This document shows, piece after piece, positions 1 to 9,666 of a stretch of 64,000 nt of DNA (position 1 is its first letter; each line of letters opens with the position of its first letter). Source of the DNA: a virus (Duplodnaviria; Heunggongvirae; Uroviricota; Caudoviricetes); the IMG/VR virus record IMGVR_UViG_3300033463_000024; one strand, given 5' to 3'. A program made the position numbers and the translations under genes. Below the pieces are notes generated by a model. The model did no database searches. It saw only the letters and a program-made list of their open reading frames with translations, and was not told the DNA's origin.

Positions 1-2
1 CC

Positions 3-194
3 GGCTATCGCGAGAACCGCGTGCTCATGTACAAGCTGGATGCTTCCGCAGACTGGATAACCGTGACTGGGGATGCCCTTGACAGAGCCTTCACGTCCAT
101 ACCGCGATACTTGGAGGGGACTAGTGATGGCGTACTGTACATCACGCTCCCCAATTACGGGAACGTGGAAATCTACAAGATTGAGGAAGTCTGA
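3..194 (+). CDS. hypothetical protein, 3' part (open at window start)
   Basis: Frame 3 open from the edge to TGA 192-194, just before repeat copy 1. Confidence 0.6.
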   Translation, partial: GYRENRVLMYKLDASADWITVTGDALDRAFTSIPRYLEGTSDGVLYITLPNYGNVEIYKIEEV

Positions 195-204
195 CCATGT
201 GGCA

Positions 205-252
205 ACCGTGTCCCCGGTGTCCCCGGTAATTGGGGACTTGGGGGAATATCGT
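205..252 (+). repeat. 48-bp ACCGT-N38-ATCGT hairpin element, copy 1
   Basis: ACCGT...GGGGACTTGGGGGAAT-ATCGT, then AAGGAGAC RBS. Confidence 0.95.
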
Positions 253-280
253 GTGAATGTAAGCAAAAAGGAGACATGCA

Positions 281-613
281 ATGAGAAAACCAACTGCAAG
301 CGGCATCAAGGCGCGTCTTTTCGAGAGTGCCTACTCGCGTGACCTCGCAAAGTTCAAGGACAAGCTGAACGCCCTGATGAAGGAAATTTCGGATGACGGG
401 TACTGGCTAGGCTACCACGTGACGGATGGGGACGGGATTGAGCTCGTCATGCTCCCGAAAAGCATCACTACCGAAAGGGACGATGCCAACGGGCCGGAGT
501 TCTGTTTTGAGAACGTTCTCAACGAGTTCGAGCCCCTGATGAAGGATGGCGAGTTCGCGGTCACTCTTTACCCTGCAAAGGACTGCATTGACGAAACCTG
601 CTGGGTAAAGTAG
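281..613 (+). CDS. hypothetical protein
   Basis: ORF with AAGGAGAC RBS after repeat. Confidence 0.8.
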   Translation: MRKPTASGIKARLFESAYSRDLAKFKDKLNALMKEISDDGYWLGYHVTDGDGIELVMLPKSITTERDDANGPEFCFENVLNEFEPLMKDGEFAVTLYPAKDCIDETCWVK

Positions 614-627
614 GTTCAGCCCATGCA

Positions 628-675
628 ACCGTGTCCCCGGTGTCCCCGGCAACCGGGGACTTGGGGGACTATCGT
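628..675 (+). repeat. 48-bp element, copy 2
   Basis: Same boxes, 38-bp spacer. Confidence 0.95.
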
Positions 676-703
676 ATGAATGTAAACAAAAAGGAGACAG
701 CTT

Positions 704-1273
704 ATGGCAAATATCATCAACATGGAACATGAAGCCAGTATTGCTGACGGTCGTTCCACCGACAGTTGTGTGACCTTTGGTCGCGACTCGGAGCTTCTTG
801 TGATGGCGGTCGGAATGGGAGTCCCTACGGGGGACTGGGCATCGAGTGACGAGTACAGCCCGGAGCACATGTTCATCACGAGCGGCATGGAGCAGATTGT
901 CGCGCTCGCGTTCGGGGACGATGCATGGATACGCGACCAGATGGCGTGCGAGAGCGACTACGGCATTTGGTTCTGCACTTTCCGTCACAAGAAGTTTTCG
1001 CCAGGAAAGACCGGGAAGGAAGGCGACCCGTTATTCCGCATTGTCGCCAGTCATTTCGATGGCAAGGTGCCGACCATGTATTTGCAATGCATCTTCGAGG
1101 AACAGGGCGTATATACAAGCTGTTCCAACGACCACCGATTCAATACCCCTGCGGAACTTGCCGGAGTCATTGACGATGCCGAACGCGAAATGTGGGAAGC
1201 CCACGATGCGGGCGAACTTTTCCCGCCTCGTCCGCGCAAAGCTGAACCACTCGCGGAAGAGAGTGTGGAATAG
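704..1273 (+). CDS. hypothetical protein
   Basis: ORF with RBS after repeat. Confidence 0.8.
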   Translation: MANIINMEHEASIADGRSTDSCVTFGRDSELLVMAVGMGVPTGDWASSDEYSPEHMFITSGMEQIVALAFGDDAWIRDQMACESDYGIWFCTFRHKKFSPGKTGKEGDPLFRIVASHFDGKVPTMYLQCIFEEQGVYTSCSNDHRFNTPAELAGVIDDAEREMWEAHDAGELFPPRPRKAEPLAEESVE

Positions 1274-1312
1274 GGAAGTAAAAAATTTTAACATTTAGCC
1301 CAGGAGACAACC

Positions 1313-2380
1313 ATGAATATCAGCAAGCAAGAACTTCTAAAAATCTTGGAAAATCACGCCCATTGGCTTGCAAAGGACTGCGATGGATGGAGGGACATGA
1401 GGGCCGACCTGTCCGAAAAAGACTTTAGCGGTGCCGAACTCTGTGGAGTGAATCTTTCCAAGGCCATACTTTGGAAGACCAACTTTCGCGGGGCGAAGCT
1501 TATCGGGTCGAAGCTTTCAAGCGCTAACATGAAGGCCGCCGATTTTACCGATGCAGACCTTTCCTATGCCGACCTCCGTTGGATAAAGGCCGACTATGCG
1601 AAATTCACTAGGGCAAATCTCGCCCGCACGGACTTGCTGAAAGCGCACTCGACAGATGGCGACTTTGCCAATGCGAACCTTTCCGGCACAAAGTTGCGCA
1701 AGGTGAATTTCAGTTCGTCAAATTTTACCAAGGCGGCATTCATTGATACTGACCTTACGGATGCGTATATGTCCGGTGCGAACTTTACCGATGTAAAGTT
1801 CGAGAGGGTACTCTTTGCCCGCACCTATCTTGCAACGGCAAAGATGGTAAGGGCGAACCTCGACAATGTGGACATGTCGAGAACGAGTGTACACGACATA
1901 TACATGGATATCTCCGATGTGGACTTTACGGATGCAAGTCTCCGTGGTGCGAAGCTCATGCACGGGAACATCTACAGGTCGAAGTTCAATAACGCGGACT
2001 TGACGGATGCTGACCTTTCCGAAGCGTTCCTTGTTGAAGCGAATTTCAACTCAGCAAACCTGACCAACGCGAATCTGACCGGAGCAAATCTCGAAGATGC
2101 TATCTTCACGAAGGCTACGACTGACGGTGCCGATTTCGCCAACGCCAAAATGAAGGACACGAAAATCAGCGACAGGCAGATTTCCAAGGCAAAGGCGGTC
2201 AAGGTGTTGAAGCGTGTCCCGCAGAAATTTGTAGTGACAGTTACCTACACGACCACGGTCGAGGCGGTCGAGGTCACCGAGGAAGAACGCAGGAAGGAAG
2301 CTGAACGGATTGCCGAAGGGAAGCTCATTTCCACCCTCGATGCCGATGTCGTGAGCGTGAAGGCCGAGCCCGTGAAGTAG
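1313..2380 (+). CDS. pentapeptide repeat protein
   Basis: About 250 aa of A(D/N)(L/F)xx repeats (ADLSEKDFSGAELCGVNLS...ANLTNANLTGANLEDA). Confidence 0.95.
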   Translation: MNISKQELLKILENHAHWLAKDCDGWRDMRADLSEKDFSGAELCGVNLSKAILWKTNFRGAKLIGSKLSSANMKAADFTDADLSYADLRWIKADYAKFTRANLARTDLLKAHSTDGDFANANLSGTKLRKVNFSSSNFTKAAFIDTDLTDAYMSGANFTDVKFERVLFARTYLATAKMVRANLDNVDMSRTSVHDIYMDISDVDFTDASLRGAKLMHGNIYRSKFNNADLTDADLSEAFLVEANFNSANLTNANLTGANLEDAIFTKATTDGADFANAKMKDTKISDRQISKAKAVKVLKRVPQKFVVTVTYTTTVEAVEVTEEERRKEAERIAEGKLISTLDADVVSVKAEPVK

Positions 2381-2386
2381 CCAGCA

Positions 2387-2434
2387 ACCGTGTCCCCCAG
2401 GTCCCCGTTCTTCGGGGACCTGGGGGACTATCGT
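2387..2434 (+). repeat. 48-bp element, copy 3 (perfect 16-bp stem)
   Basis: GTCCCCCAGGTCCCCG-TTCTT-CGGGGACCTGGGGGAC. Confidence 0.97.
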
Positions 2435-2463
2435 GTGGATGTAAGCAAAAAGGAGACAACATC

Positions 2464-3111
2464 ATGGACATTAAAGACAGCAAGTTTTTTGTCGCGGCAG
2501 ACCTCAAAATCCTCCGCGCACTCGGTTTCAGCAACCTTGAAGTCAATGTGGACACGGAAGGCGAATCGGAAGAAATCGCCCTCGGTGACGGTCAGTACCT
2601 TGTGGGCGAGAGGGGCGACCTCGGCACATCCTACTATGTGATTGACCGCGACTGCCACGAAGCGTTTACCCACGGCGAAACATCCATCATGGCCCTTGCG
2701 CACTACCAGGCGAGTTCATTGACCCACTACAACTACGATGAAATCCCGGACTATTTCTGGTGGTGGGAACTCCGCGAAATCTTCTTCCGCAAGAACAACA
2801 AGAAGGGCGTGAGCGCAAAGCGTTTCCAGAGGTACCGCGATGACATTGGCATGGCCGTGGTGTTCAGCGCGGACTGCAAGAAAGTGAAGCTCGCGAAGAA
2901 CAAGTTTTCCAAGTACGACAAGGACGGGTGCTATTCTCCCCTCCCGGACGAACTCCCGGCCTTTGACGAGTGGGAAACCATCAAGGACAATACAGGCAAG
3001 CCGCTTGTGGCCAACTGCGCCAAGGTGTTCGAGTCTAGCGTATTTGCCGAACGGTCACGTGCGCTCAACATCCTTCTCAAGAAGTTCTACAAGCGCATCA
3101 ACGGAAAATAA
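2464..3111 (+). CDS. hypothetical protein, paralogue of 3751-4410
   Basis: MDIKDSKFF...PLPDELPAFDEWE shared with downstream copy. Confidence 0.85.
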   Translation: MDIKDSKFFVAADLKILRALGFSNLEVNVDTEGESEEIALGDGQYLVGERGDLGTSYYVIDRDCHEAFTHGETSIMALAHYQASSLTHYNYDEIPDYFWWWELREIFFRKNNKKGVSAKRFQRYRDDIGMAVVFSADCKKVKLAKNKFSKYDKDGCYSPLPDELPAFDEWETIKDNTGKPLVANCAKVFESSVFAERSRALNILLKKFYKRINGK

Positions 3112-3133
3112 ATTTTCAAAAGGAGACAACATC

Positions 3134-3667
3134 ATGAAAGAAAAAGTTTACATTCAAGAATATGGCATCCGTGGTGGCATGGATGAACGTGCGGGTGAAA
3201 CAACCAAAATTGGTAGGCATCATGTAGATGACTGCCCGGAAAAAACCCTGTGGGACATGGTGCTCAACGAAATATCCGGTGGATATGAGCAACGCCTGTT
3301 CGTGAACGATGACGAATATGACATTGTTGGTTCGGATGAAGACATCAATGACCTTATTGAAGAAGGCATGGAATCGTTCAAGGAAGAGCACCACATTGGC
3401 ACGATTACCTCTATGGGCTACTATGACGATGTGTGGAGTGGAATCATGTCAGACCGCACCGAATACCGCATTGAAAAGGAAGTCATCAAGCCCACATTGG
3501 AACAGGTCAAGGAAGCTCTTTTCAAGTACCTTGAAACCCGTTTCGATGAAACGAAGGTTGTTGATGACTGGCACGATGTTTTGGTAGAAGGGTTGCAAGC
3601 AAGGTATATTACCAAGCAGGGACTCAAAGAAGACATCGAGCGCATATTCAACGGGGATGAGGTGTGA
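3134..3667 (+). CDS. hypothetical acidic protein
   Basis: Start moved to ATG after AAGGAGACAACATC. Confidence 0.8.
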   Translation: MKEKVYIQEYGIRGGMDERAGETTKIGRHHVDDCPEKTLWDMVLNEISGGYEQRLFVNDDEYDIVGSDEDINDLIEEGMESFKEEHHIGTITSMGYYDDVWSGIMSDRTEYRIEKEVIKPTLEQVKEALFKYLETRFDETKVVDDWHDVLVEGLQARYITKQGLKEDIERIFNGDEV

Positions 3668-3672
3668 CAGCA

Positions 3673-3720
3673 ACCGTGTCCCATGTGTCCCCGTTCTTCG
3701 GGGACCTGGGGGACTATCGT
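3673..3720 (+). repeat. 48-bp element, copy 4
   Basis: Same boxes, 38-bp spacer. Confidence 0.95.
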
Positions 3721-3750
3721 AATGGCGTAATCAAAAAAGGAGACAACATC

Positions 3751-4410
3751 ATGGACATCAAGGAAAGCAAGTATTTCACGGAAACAGACCTAAAGGTTCT
3801 TCGCGCCCTCGGTTTCAGGAAGCCGGAAGTTGAAGAAGGCGCCGACTATGGCGAGGAAATCTACCTCGGCAATGACACTTACCTGTACGGGCAACCGAAG
3901 GACATCGCATACGCCAGTACCGGCTATTACGACTACTTCGTATATGACCGCGATTCAGAAGAAAGCTATCGCCATACCGACCATGCTCTCATGGCAATCG
4001 CCGAGTTCATGGCGGGTCATCTTGCCTGCGATTTCTATGACGATATCCCAGACTTCTTTTGGCCGAATGAACTCCATACCATTACCACGCGCCTGAACCT
4101 GGTTCATAAGGTAGTGACCGTCAAGCGTTGCCAGACATGCCGCAGTGAACTTGGCTACGCCTTTGTCATCAACGGGGACGGTTCGCAGATAAAGATAGCA
4201 AAGAACAAGTTTACGAACGAAGACAATTACGGGAACTATGTTCCTCTGCCGGATGAACTTCCTGCATTTGACGAATGGGAAGCCATCATAGGCAAGGACG
4301 GTAAGCCGCTTGTGGCTGACTGTTCCCATGTGTTCAAGACGAGTTCCTACCGCGAGCAGTGCTGTTTGCTCAATCGTGTCGTGAAGGAACTTCATGACCG
4401 CATGGACTAA
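3751..4410 (+). CDS. hypothetical protein, paralogue of 2464-3111
   Basis: MDIKESKYF...PLPDELPAFDEWE; ATG after RBS. Confidence 0.85.
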   Translation: MDIKESKYFTETDLKVLRALGFRKPEVEEGADYGEEIYLGNDTYLYGQPKDIAYASTGYYDYFVYDRDSEESYRHTDHALMAIAEFMAGHLACDFYDDIPDFFWPNELHTITTRLNLVHKVVTVKRCQTCRSELGYAFVINGDGSQIKIAKNKFTNEDNYGNYVPLPDELPAFDEWEAIIGKDGKPLVADCSHVFKTSSYREQCCLLNRVVKELHDRMD

Positions 4411-4446
4411 AAATAAATTTTCATTTTTCAAAAAGGAGGTAATGCG

Positions 4447-4809
4447 ATGATAGTACATTCCGTTACTACGCTCAACAAGAACTGGGCATCTGCCAAGACC
4501 TTCCTAGTTGATGACATTCCCAAGCGTGTACACACGCTGAAAGATTGGGCTGAATACTTCATTGCCGATGGCGAGGAAGACAACGTCAGGGAAGTAGTTG
4601 TTTACGGTTCCGCGCCAGAGGTTACTGTGGTTCCCTATGACGGGAAGAATCCGACCTGCGATGCGGTTTCAAGTCTAATTGACGCCGATACGCAAAAGGT
4701 TGTAATCAAATGTATTGACGGGAACGTGCTTACCGCGACCGCATCCGTGTTTGAACACAACAGCGAGAGCGGTATATGGGTAGAATGCTCCCTGGTCGAA
4801 AATAAGTAA
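4447..4809 (+). CDS. hypothetical protein
   Basis: AAGGAGG RBS. Confidence 0.75.
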   Translation: MIVHSVTTLNKNWASAKTFLVDDIPKRVHTLKDWAEYFIADGEEDNVREVVVYGSAPEVTVVPYDGKNPTCDAVSSLIDADTQKVVIKCIDGNVLTATASVFEHNSESGIWVECSLVENK

Positions 4810-4820
4810 CCTATGAACCA

Positions 4821-4868
4821 ACCGTCCCCCGATCGATCCCGGCATGCCGGGACCTGGGGGATTATCGT
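4821..4868 (+). repeat. 48-bp element, copy 5
   Basis: Inner stem CCCGG-CATG-CCGGG. Confidence 0.95.
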
Positions 4869-4895
4869 GTTGGTACAAAACACAAGGAGACAAAC

Positions 4896-5150
4896 ATGAT
4901 TCAACATATTGCTTATTACAACGACCCTATCGACATCTTCGAGCTGATGAACAAGGATGCCAAGAGCATCGTCAATTATTACAAGAAGGGCAAGGGTGCG
5001 TATTTGCGCCCTAACGACCCTGATTACGCCCCTATACAGGGATGCCATCCGGTTATGGTGGGCAAGGAAAAGTGGTACGTCAAGAAGTCCATCGACCGTA
5101 CGAAACTTGATTCCGATGGCAACTACATCGACTTGTACAAAGCAATTTAG
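4896..5150 (+). CDS. hypothetical protein
   Basis: RBS after repeat. Confidence 0.75.
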   Translation: MIQHIAYYNDPIDIFELMNKDAKSIVNYYKKGKGAYLRPNDPDYAPIQGCHPVMVGKEKWYVKKSIDRTKLDSDGNYIDLYKAI

Positions 5151-5175
5151 CAAACATATCCAAAGGAGACAAACA

Positions 5176-5664
5176 ATGAAAGGCAATTTCGCAAAGTTGG
5201 CCATTTTGGTCAAGAATACTGTCCGCATGGACGAAGCATCAAAGATTATCGGAAGCCGTGATGAATCCGGCACAATCCTCTCCGAGCTTACCTCGCTTTT
5301 CTCGGTGACCATTGACGAGGAATTGGCTCACGCCATGAGGGCAAGCCTTTCCGGTCTTTCGCCCGATGACAAAATCTCTGTTGAGGAAAGCAAGTTTGAG
5401 ACTTCAACATCGAAGGATTCATCGGCAAAGCAGATTGACTACATCTTTATGCTCACGGGCAATTTCACGGGCGTTATCAAGTTGCGCCTTACATTCAATG
5501 TAGAAATGGGCAAAGTTGATTTCTACATGCAGACGCTGGCGCAGGATGATAGCGGCAAGGTAGTTGGTGAGAACAGTATCGGGGAAGACGAACTCTGCGG
5601 CATCCCGACCGCCCTCCCGATAGCTGTAACGTTCATGCTCAGGGACTGCAAAAAGAATGGATAA
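5176..5664 (+). CDS. hypothetical protein
   Basis: ATG after AAGGAGAC. Confidence 0.75.
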   Translation: MKGNFAKLAILVKNTVRMDEASKIIGSRDESGTILSELTSLFSVTIDEELAHAMRASLSGLSPDDKISVEESKFETSTSKDSSAKQIDYIFMLTGNFTGVIKLRLTFNVEMGKVDFYMQTLAQDDSGKVVGENSIGEDELCGIPTALPIAVTFMLRDCKKNG

Positions 5665-5667
5665 CCA

Positions 5668-5715
5668 ACCGTCTGCCGATCGATCCCGGTCCTTCGGGAC
5701 CTGGGGGAGCATCGT
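5668..5715 (+). repeat. 48-bp element, copy 6
   Basis: Same boxes, 38-bp spacer. Confidence 0.95.
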
Positions 5716-5742
5716 ATCAGCGCACACAAAAGGAGACAAACC

Positions 5743-6279
5743 ATGACAATCCACAATCTCATAAACGGCACCGCAACCCTCGACATTACTGTTGATGCCA
5801 AGAATCACGTTACCGCCGTGTTCAGCGACCCGAATACCTACGATGAACGCGAATTTACCGTGACCTGCAACACGGACAACGCGTTCATGGTGCTTCAAGA
5901 CATCATTGACCAGTTCGGTTTCGCAGATAACCCGTTCTTCAAGGCGTTTGGATGGGAACTGGAAGGCACAAAGGAAGCTACCGTAGCCAAGGAAGCCCCC
6001 CTCAATACCCCGACAAGAAAGCTTGAATACGGCGTGATTACGGCTTATCCGCACTCCGTCAAGTTCACGGCAATCCTCTCGGACATGAAGGGCGTGGCGG
6101 TCGCAGAAAGCCCGGAAATCATCTTCCTTAAGCCATCCCATCCGGCTTACATCCCGTGCAATGCATCGAGCGACAAGTTCGCCAAGCTAACCTCGTGGCT
6201 TGCAGAAAGGAACATCGCATACGAGACATCGGGCATTGCGGACTACGCCGAAACAATCTCGTTCCTGGTCGAAAAGTAG
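5743..6279 (+). CDS. hypothetical protein
   Basis: RBS after repeat. Confidence 0.8.
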   Translation: MTIHNLINGTATLDITVDAKNHVTAVFSDPNTYDEREFTVTCNTDNAFMVLQDIIDQFGFADNPFFKAFGWELEGTKEATVAKEAPLNTPTRKLEYGVITAYPHSVKFTAILSDMKGVAVAESPEIIFLKPSHPAYIPCNASSDKFAKLTSWLAERNIAYETSGIADYAETISFLVEK

Positions 6280-6283
6280 ACCG

Positions 6284-6331
6284 ACCGTATAGCCCAGGTG
6301 CCGGATGCCACGGCACCTGGGGGAACATCGT
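6284..6331 (+). repeat. 48-bp element, copy 7
   Basis: Compensated stem CCCAGGTGCCG/CGGCACCTGGG. Confidence 0.95.
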
Positions 6332-6368
6332 AACGGCATAACAAAACCAATCAAAAAGGAGACAACCC

Positions 6369-7049
6369 ATGAGTAAGAGTAAGATTAAAAAGTTCCCGCA
6401 TGAAATCGACTGTTGCCTGAAGAACGTGCATATCAAGGTCATCAAGACCCGTTCTCGCGGCAAGGACAAATACGTTTACGAAATCAGCGCAGACGGTACA
6501 GAACCGTTCATCCTCGACCCATGTTTGAGCTATGATGCAGGCGAATGCCCGGAATTTGAAGATACATGGTGCGGTGGCAAATGGGACAACGGCAAGTTCA
6601 AGGGTTGCGAATATGACATCAACATCATGGACAAGAGCGATTTCGGTGGCGAAACTGACGATGACAACGTTGGTCTCCGCGCCGCCATGTATGGTTGCGA
6701 AATTGTCGATGGTGAGACACAGACCAATACCAATGACGAAATCCCGTTCATCCCGGTAACATGCTGGTTCGAGAACAGCAAGGGCAAGCGCACCGAGTTC
6801 AAGTGCGATGACTCGGAAAACTTCGTTGAACTATTTGGCGAATGGGATGGTAAGAGACTCCCGACCGCCAAGGAACGCGAATTTACCGTCACGGGTACCC
6901 TCATGTTCGAGGTCACGTATGTCACGAAGGCGACCAACAGCGAAGATGCCAAGAAGGAAGCCTTCAAGCGACTAACCGAAATTTACCACAAGAAGGGTAT
7001 CGAAAATCTCGGAGTTCTCGGTAGCTTAACCATAAAAGAAAAACCATAA
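6369..7049 (+). CDS. hypothetical protein
   Basis: RBS after repeat. Confidence 0.8.
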   Translation: MSKSKIKKFPHEIDCCLKNVHIKVIKTRSRGKDKYVYEISADGTEPFILDPCLSYDAGECPEFEDTWCGGKWDNGKFKGCEYDINIMDKSDFGGETDDDNVGLRAAMYGCEIVDGETQTNTNDEIPFIPVTCWFENSKGKRTEFKCDDSENFVELFGEWDGKRLPTAKEREFTVTGTLMFEVTYVTKATNSEDAKKEAFKRLTEIYHKKGIENLGVLGSLTIKEKP

Positions 7050-7076
7050 AATATTTTTTGAAATTTGAGGTACAAC

Positions 7077-7469
7077 ATGGCCGAAACCAAACTCGAAACC
7101 ATCATCCGCGTAACCAAGGAACTTAATGCAATCAAGGCTAAACACCCGCGCATCATAGACATCGGAGTCATGAGCGTGGAAGAGTTCATGGATACGGTTG
7201 GCAAAGACCTTCCTGCATGCGTTGTGAAACCGCTGAAGCCGCATAATGGCGGGTATGCGGGCTACATCCGCATCAGGTGCTCCGATGAACTGAAACGCAA
7301 GTTGAACTGCCCGTCCATTTGGGAATATTTGTTCCATGACAAGGCAGAAGATGCCATCATCGGCGCGGTGCAGGTGCTCCATGCCGCCTGCCTCAACAGG
7401 AACAACCATGACGAGGCGAAGTTCCTCGGCGAGCTTTCCAGGGAACTCCACATCGACCGTGTAGCGTAG
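7077..7469 (+). CDS. hypothetical protein
   Basis: GAGG RBS; 3' end runs into repeat copy 8. Confidence 0.75.
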   Translation: MAETKLETIIRVTKELNAIKAKHPRIIDIGVMSVEEFMDTVGKDLPACVVKPLKPHNGGYAGYIRIRCSDELKRKLNCPSIWEYLFHDKAEDAIIGAVQVLHAACLNRNNHDEAKFLGELSRELHIDRVA

Positions 7470-7503
7470 CTACCCGGTCCCGTGGGACCTGGGGGATCAT
7501 CGT
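7456..7503 (+). repeat. 48-bp element, copy 8
   Basis: Same boxes, 38-bp spacer. Confidence 0.93.
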
Positions 7504-7530
7504 AAGGACGTAGCAAACAAGGAGACAAGC

Positions 7531-7767
7531 ATGGCCAAAATTAAAAAAGAAAAGACCCCGAAGCCAAAGAAGAAAAAAGTTCGCAAGGCTTACAATATCA
7601 AGTGGGACACCGATGGCGCAACGCTGAAGGAATGTGGACTCCCGCGTTCCGTGGTCATCCCTGATGGCGTTGCGGACGAAGATGTCGGGGACTGGCTCTC
7701 GGATGAATATGGCTACTGCCATGACGGGTACACGACTAACTTTGAAATGGAAGAAGATGAAGCCTAA
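7531..7767 (+). CDS. hypothetical phage protein
   Basis: RBS; basic N-terminus, acidic C-terminus. Confidence 0.75.
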   Translation: MAKIKKEKTPKPKKKKVRKAYNIKWDTDGATLKECGLPRSVVIPDGVADEDVGDWLSDEYGYCHDGYTTNFEMEEDEA

Positions 7768-7999
7768 TATTGAAATTGTAAGCATTGACCAATATCGCGG
7801 CTCGTTCCTCTTGCGAGTGAACGACCTCGATATTATCCCGAAAGTTCTCGCCCATATTGAACATGACAGCCCGATTGAAGGCGATGAACATAATGTCATT
7901 GTGATTGGTTCCAATATCGCAGTTGAAACAGACTGTGTTGGGCGAGCATCTTCATTGGCTAATGAACTGAAAGAAAAATTCAACCAAACGGAGGCTTAA
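7757..7999 (+). CDS. hypothetical protein
   Basis: Overlapping start in operon. Confidence 0.65.
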   Translation: MKPNIEIVSIDQYRGSFLLRVNDLDIIPKVLAHIEHDSPIEGDEHNVIVIGSNIAVETDCVGRASSLANELKEKFNQTEA

Positions 8000-8000
8000 C

Positions 8001-8354
8001 ATGTCTGATGGAAAAATCAAATGGGTTCCGGTACGTTTTCGCCACGCAATTTCATTTAACCCGATGGATGCCGAATTTGTGAAGGCGGGAAAGGAATCCG
8101 GCAGAGTCATGGAGGCGAGTCGAAAGAAGTTTGAGGACTACGGTGCCTGCCTCGCCGAATGCGAACGCCTCACAGATGCAGGCAACTGCGCCCGTTGGGA
8201 ATTTGCCTACCTCGCGAAGGAATTTGCCAAGAAGCTCAACGAGCTTGCAGATGACAAGCGTTTCTTCATGAAGGGCGTTGCTGACGAAACGCAGGACACA
8301 ATCTATGCGACCGCAAGAATGATTGAAACAATGGCACGCGAAATGGTGCAATAA
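8001..8354 (+). CDS. hypothetical protein
   Basis: GGAGG RBS. Confidence 0.75.
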   Translation: MSDGKIKWVPVRFRHAISFNPMDAEFVKAGKESGRVMEASRKKFEDYGACLAECERLTDAGNCARWEFAYLAKEFAKKLNELADDKRFFMKGVADETQDTIYATARMIETMAREMVQ

Positions 8355-8367
8355 TAGGAGACAACCA

Positions 8368-8793
8368 GTGACAAAGATTAAACTGACTGAACGCAAGTTC
8401 ACTCCGAACGAGCTGAAACAACTGAACTCCAAGACATACCTTTCCTGGAAGTGTACCCGCCAGACAATCATTATTGGGAATGACACCGATTTCGCCTTAT
8501 TTACAGTGAGCGAATGTCTCGGTTGTCCGCACCACTCAATCGGCATCACACCTATTGTGAAGCGTGGAGATAACGCATTGAAGGTGGTTGTATCCTTCAT
8601 GGACAAGGGGGAAGCCAAGCGGTTTTCCGCAATCGGTGCGACTACGGTAATGTTCACGACCGATGGTACTATTGCTGATGCGGTCGGCCTGGGTTCCGGT
8701 CTCGCCAAGGCACAGTACAAATTGTTGTACCAACTCCCGTGCGGAGCAGTCCGTGTGGGACGCGTACCGAAGAAACAAAAAGCTACCGTGTAG
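8368..8793 (+). CDS. hypothetical protein
   Basis: GTG after GGAGAC; ends inside repeat copy 9. Confidence 0.7.
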   Translation: MTKIKLTERKFTPNELKQLNSKTYLSWKCTRQTIIIGNDTDFALFTVSECLGCPHHSIGITPIVKRGDNALKVVVSFMDKGEAKRFSAIGATTVMFTTDGTIADAVGLGSGLAKAQYKLLYQLPCGAVRVGRVPKKQKATV

Positions 8794-8832
8794 CACGCCT
8801 CCCCGGTCCTTCGGGACCTGGGGGATCATCGT
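8785..8832 (+). repeat. 48-bp element, copy 9
   Basis: Same boxes, 38-bp spacer. Confidence 0.93.
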
Positions 8833-8872
8833 AATGGCATCGAAACGACTCATTCAACAAAAGGAGACAAAT

Positions 8873-9265
8873 ATGAGTATGTATGCAGTAATCGGATATG
8901 GATTCTCGGAAGTCCCGCGCAGGGAACTTGACGGAACCGCACACAAGGCATTCCCGGTCATCAACAGCGTTTCGCATTTTGACACCCGTGGCGGTGCCGT
9001 AGATGACGTTATCAAGCGCCTTGAAGACATCGTCAAGAATGCCGATGATGATGTTGTACTTTCTTCGTACGGCGTTACCGATGTGTCCTATGACGCCAAT
9101 GATAACCACCTTACGTATTCAAGGACTGTCTTCGATGAAGACCACCCGGAATCAAACCTCTTCGGGCTTCGTAAATGCATGGAGCTTTATGGCCACACCC
9201 ATGTCGAAGTGAAAGTCGGTGGCACCAAGGCAACCTACGCAATCGTCCGCGTCAAGGAGGACTAA
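8873..9265 (+). CDS. hypothetical protein
   Basis: ATG after RBS. Confidence 0.75.
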   Translation: MSMYAVIGYGFSEVPRRELDGTAHKAFPVINSVSHFDTRGGAVDDVIKRLEDIVKNADDDVVLSSYGVTDVSYDANDNHLTYSRTVFDEDHPESNLFGLRKCMELYGHTHVEVKVGGTKATYAIVRVKED

Positions 9266-9654
9266 TGATTACAAGACTCAACCTAAGCTGTATCGCCCGT
9301 GTCTATCCCTATGAATACATGGCATTTAGCGACACCTACGACAAGTTTTGTTCCAAGTACTCCGATGACGGGCAACTCGCAGAGCAATCCCGTTTCATGG
9401 TCAATGCGGCAACCAACCCTGATTACCGCGTTGATGATGAAGACGATGCCAAGTTTGTGAAGGCAATCAAGGCAGTCATCAATCGTTTTGCTACCGATGG
9501 CATCCGCGTGTTTCCGGCTGTCCTTGATACCGAAACGCAGTTTGAACTGTTCTTCGGAGTGGAAAATCCCTCGGATGAACTTCTCGCCCTCATGGGCGAC
9601 AATGTTCTTACCGAAGAATACGATGACTCCGATGAAGTCTTTGTTGCATGGTAA
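9265..9654 (+). CDS. hypothetical protein
   Basis: TAATG coupling, AGGAGG RBS. Confidence 0.75.
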   Translation: MITRLNLSCIARVYPYEYMAFSDTYDKFCSKYSDDGQLAEQSRFMVNAATNPDYRVDDEDDAKFVKAIKAVINRFATDGIRVFPAVLDTETQFELFFGVENPSDELLALMGDNVLTEEYDDSDEVFVAW

Positions 9655-9666
9655 GGAGGGACTGTA

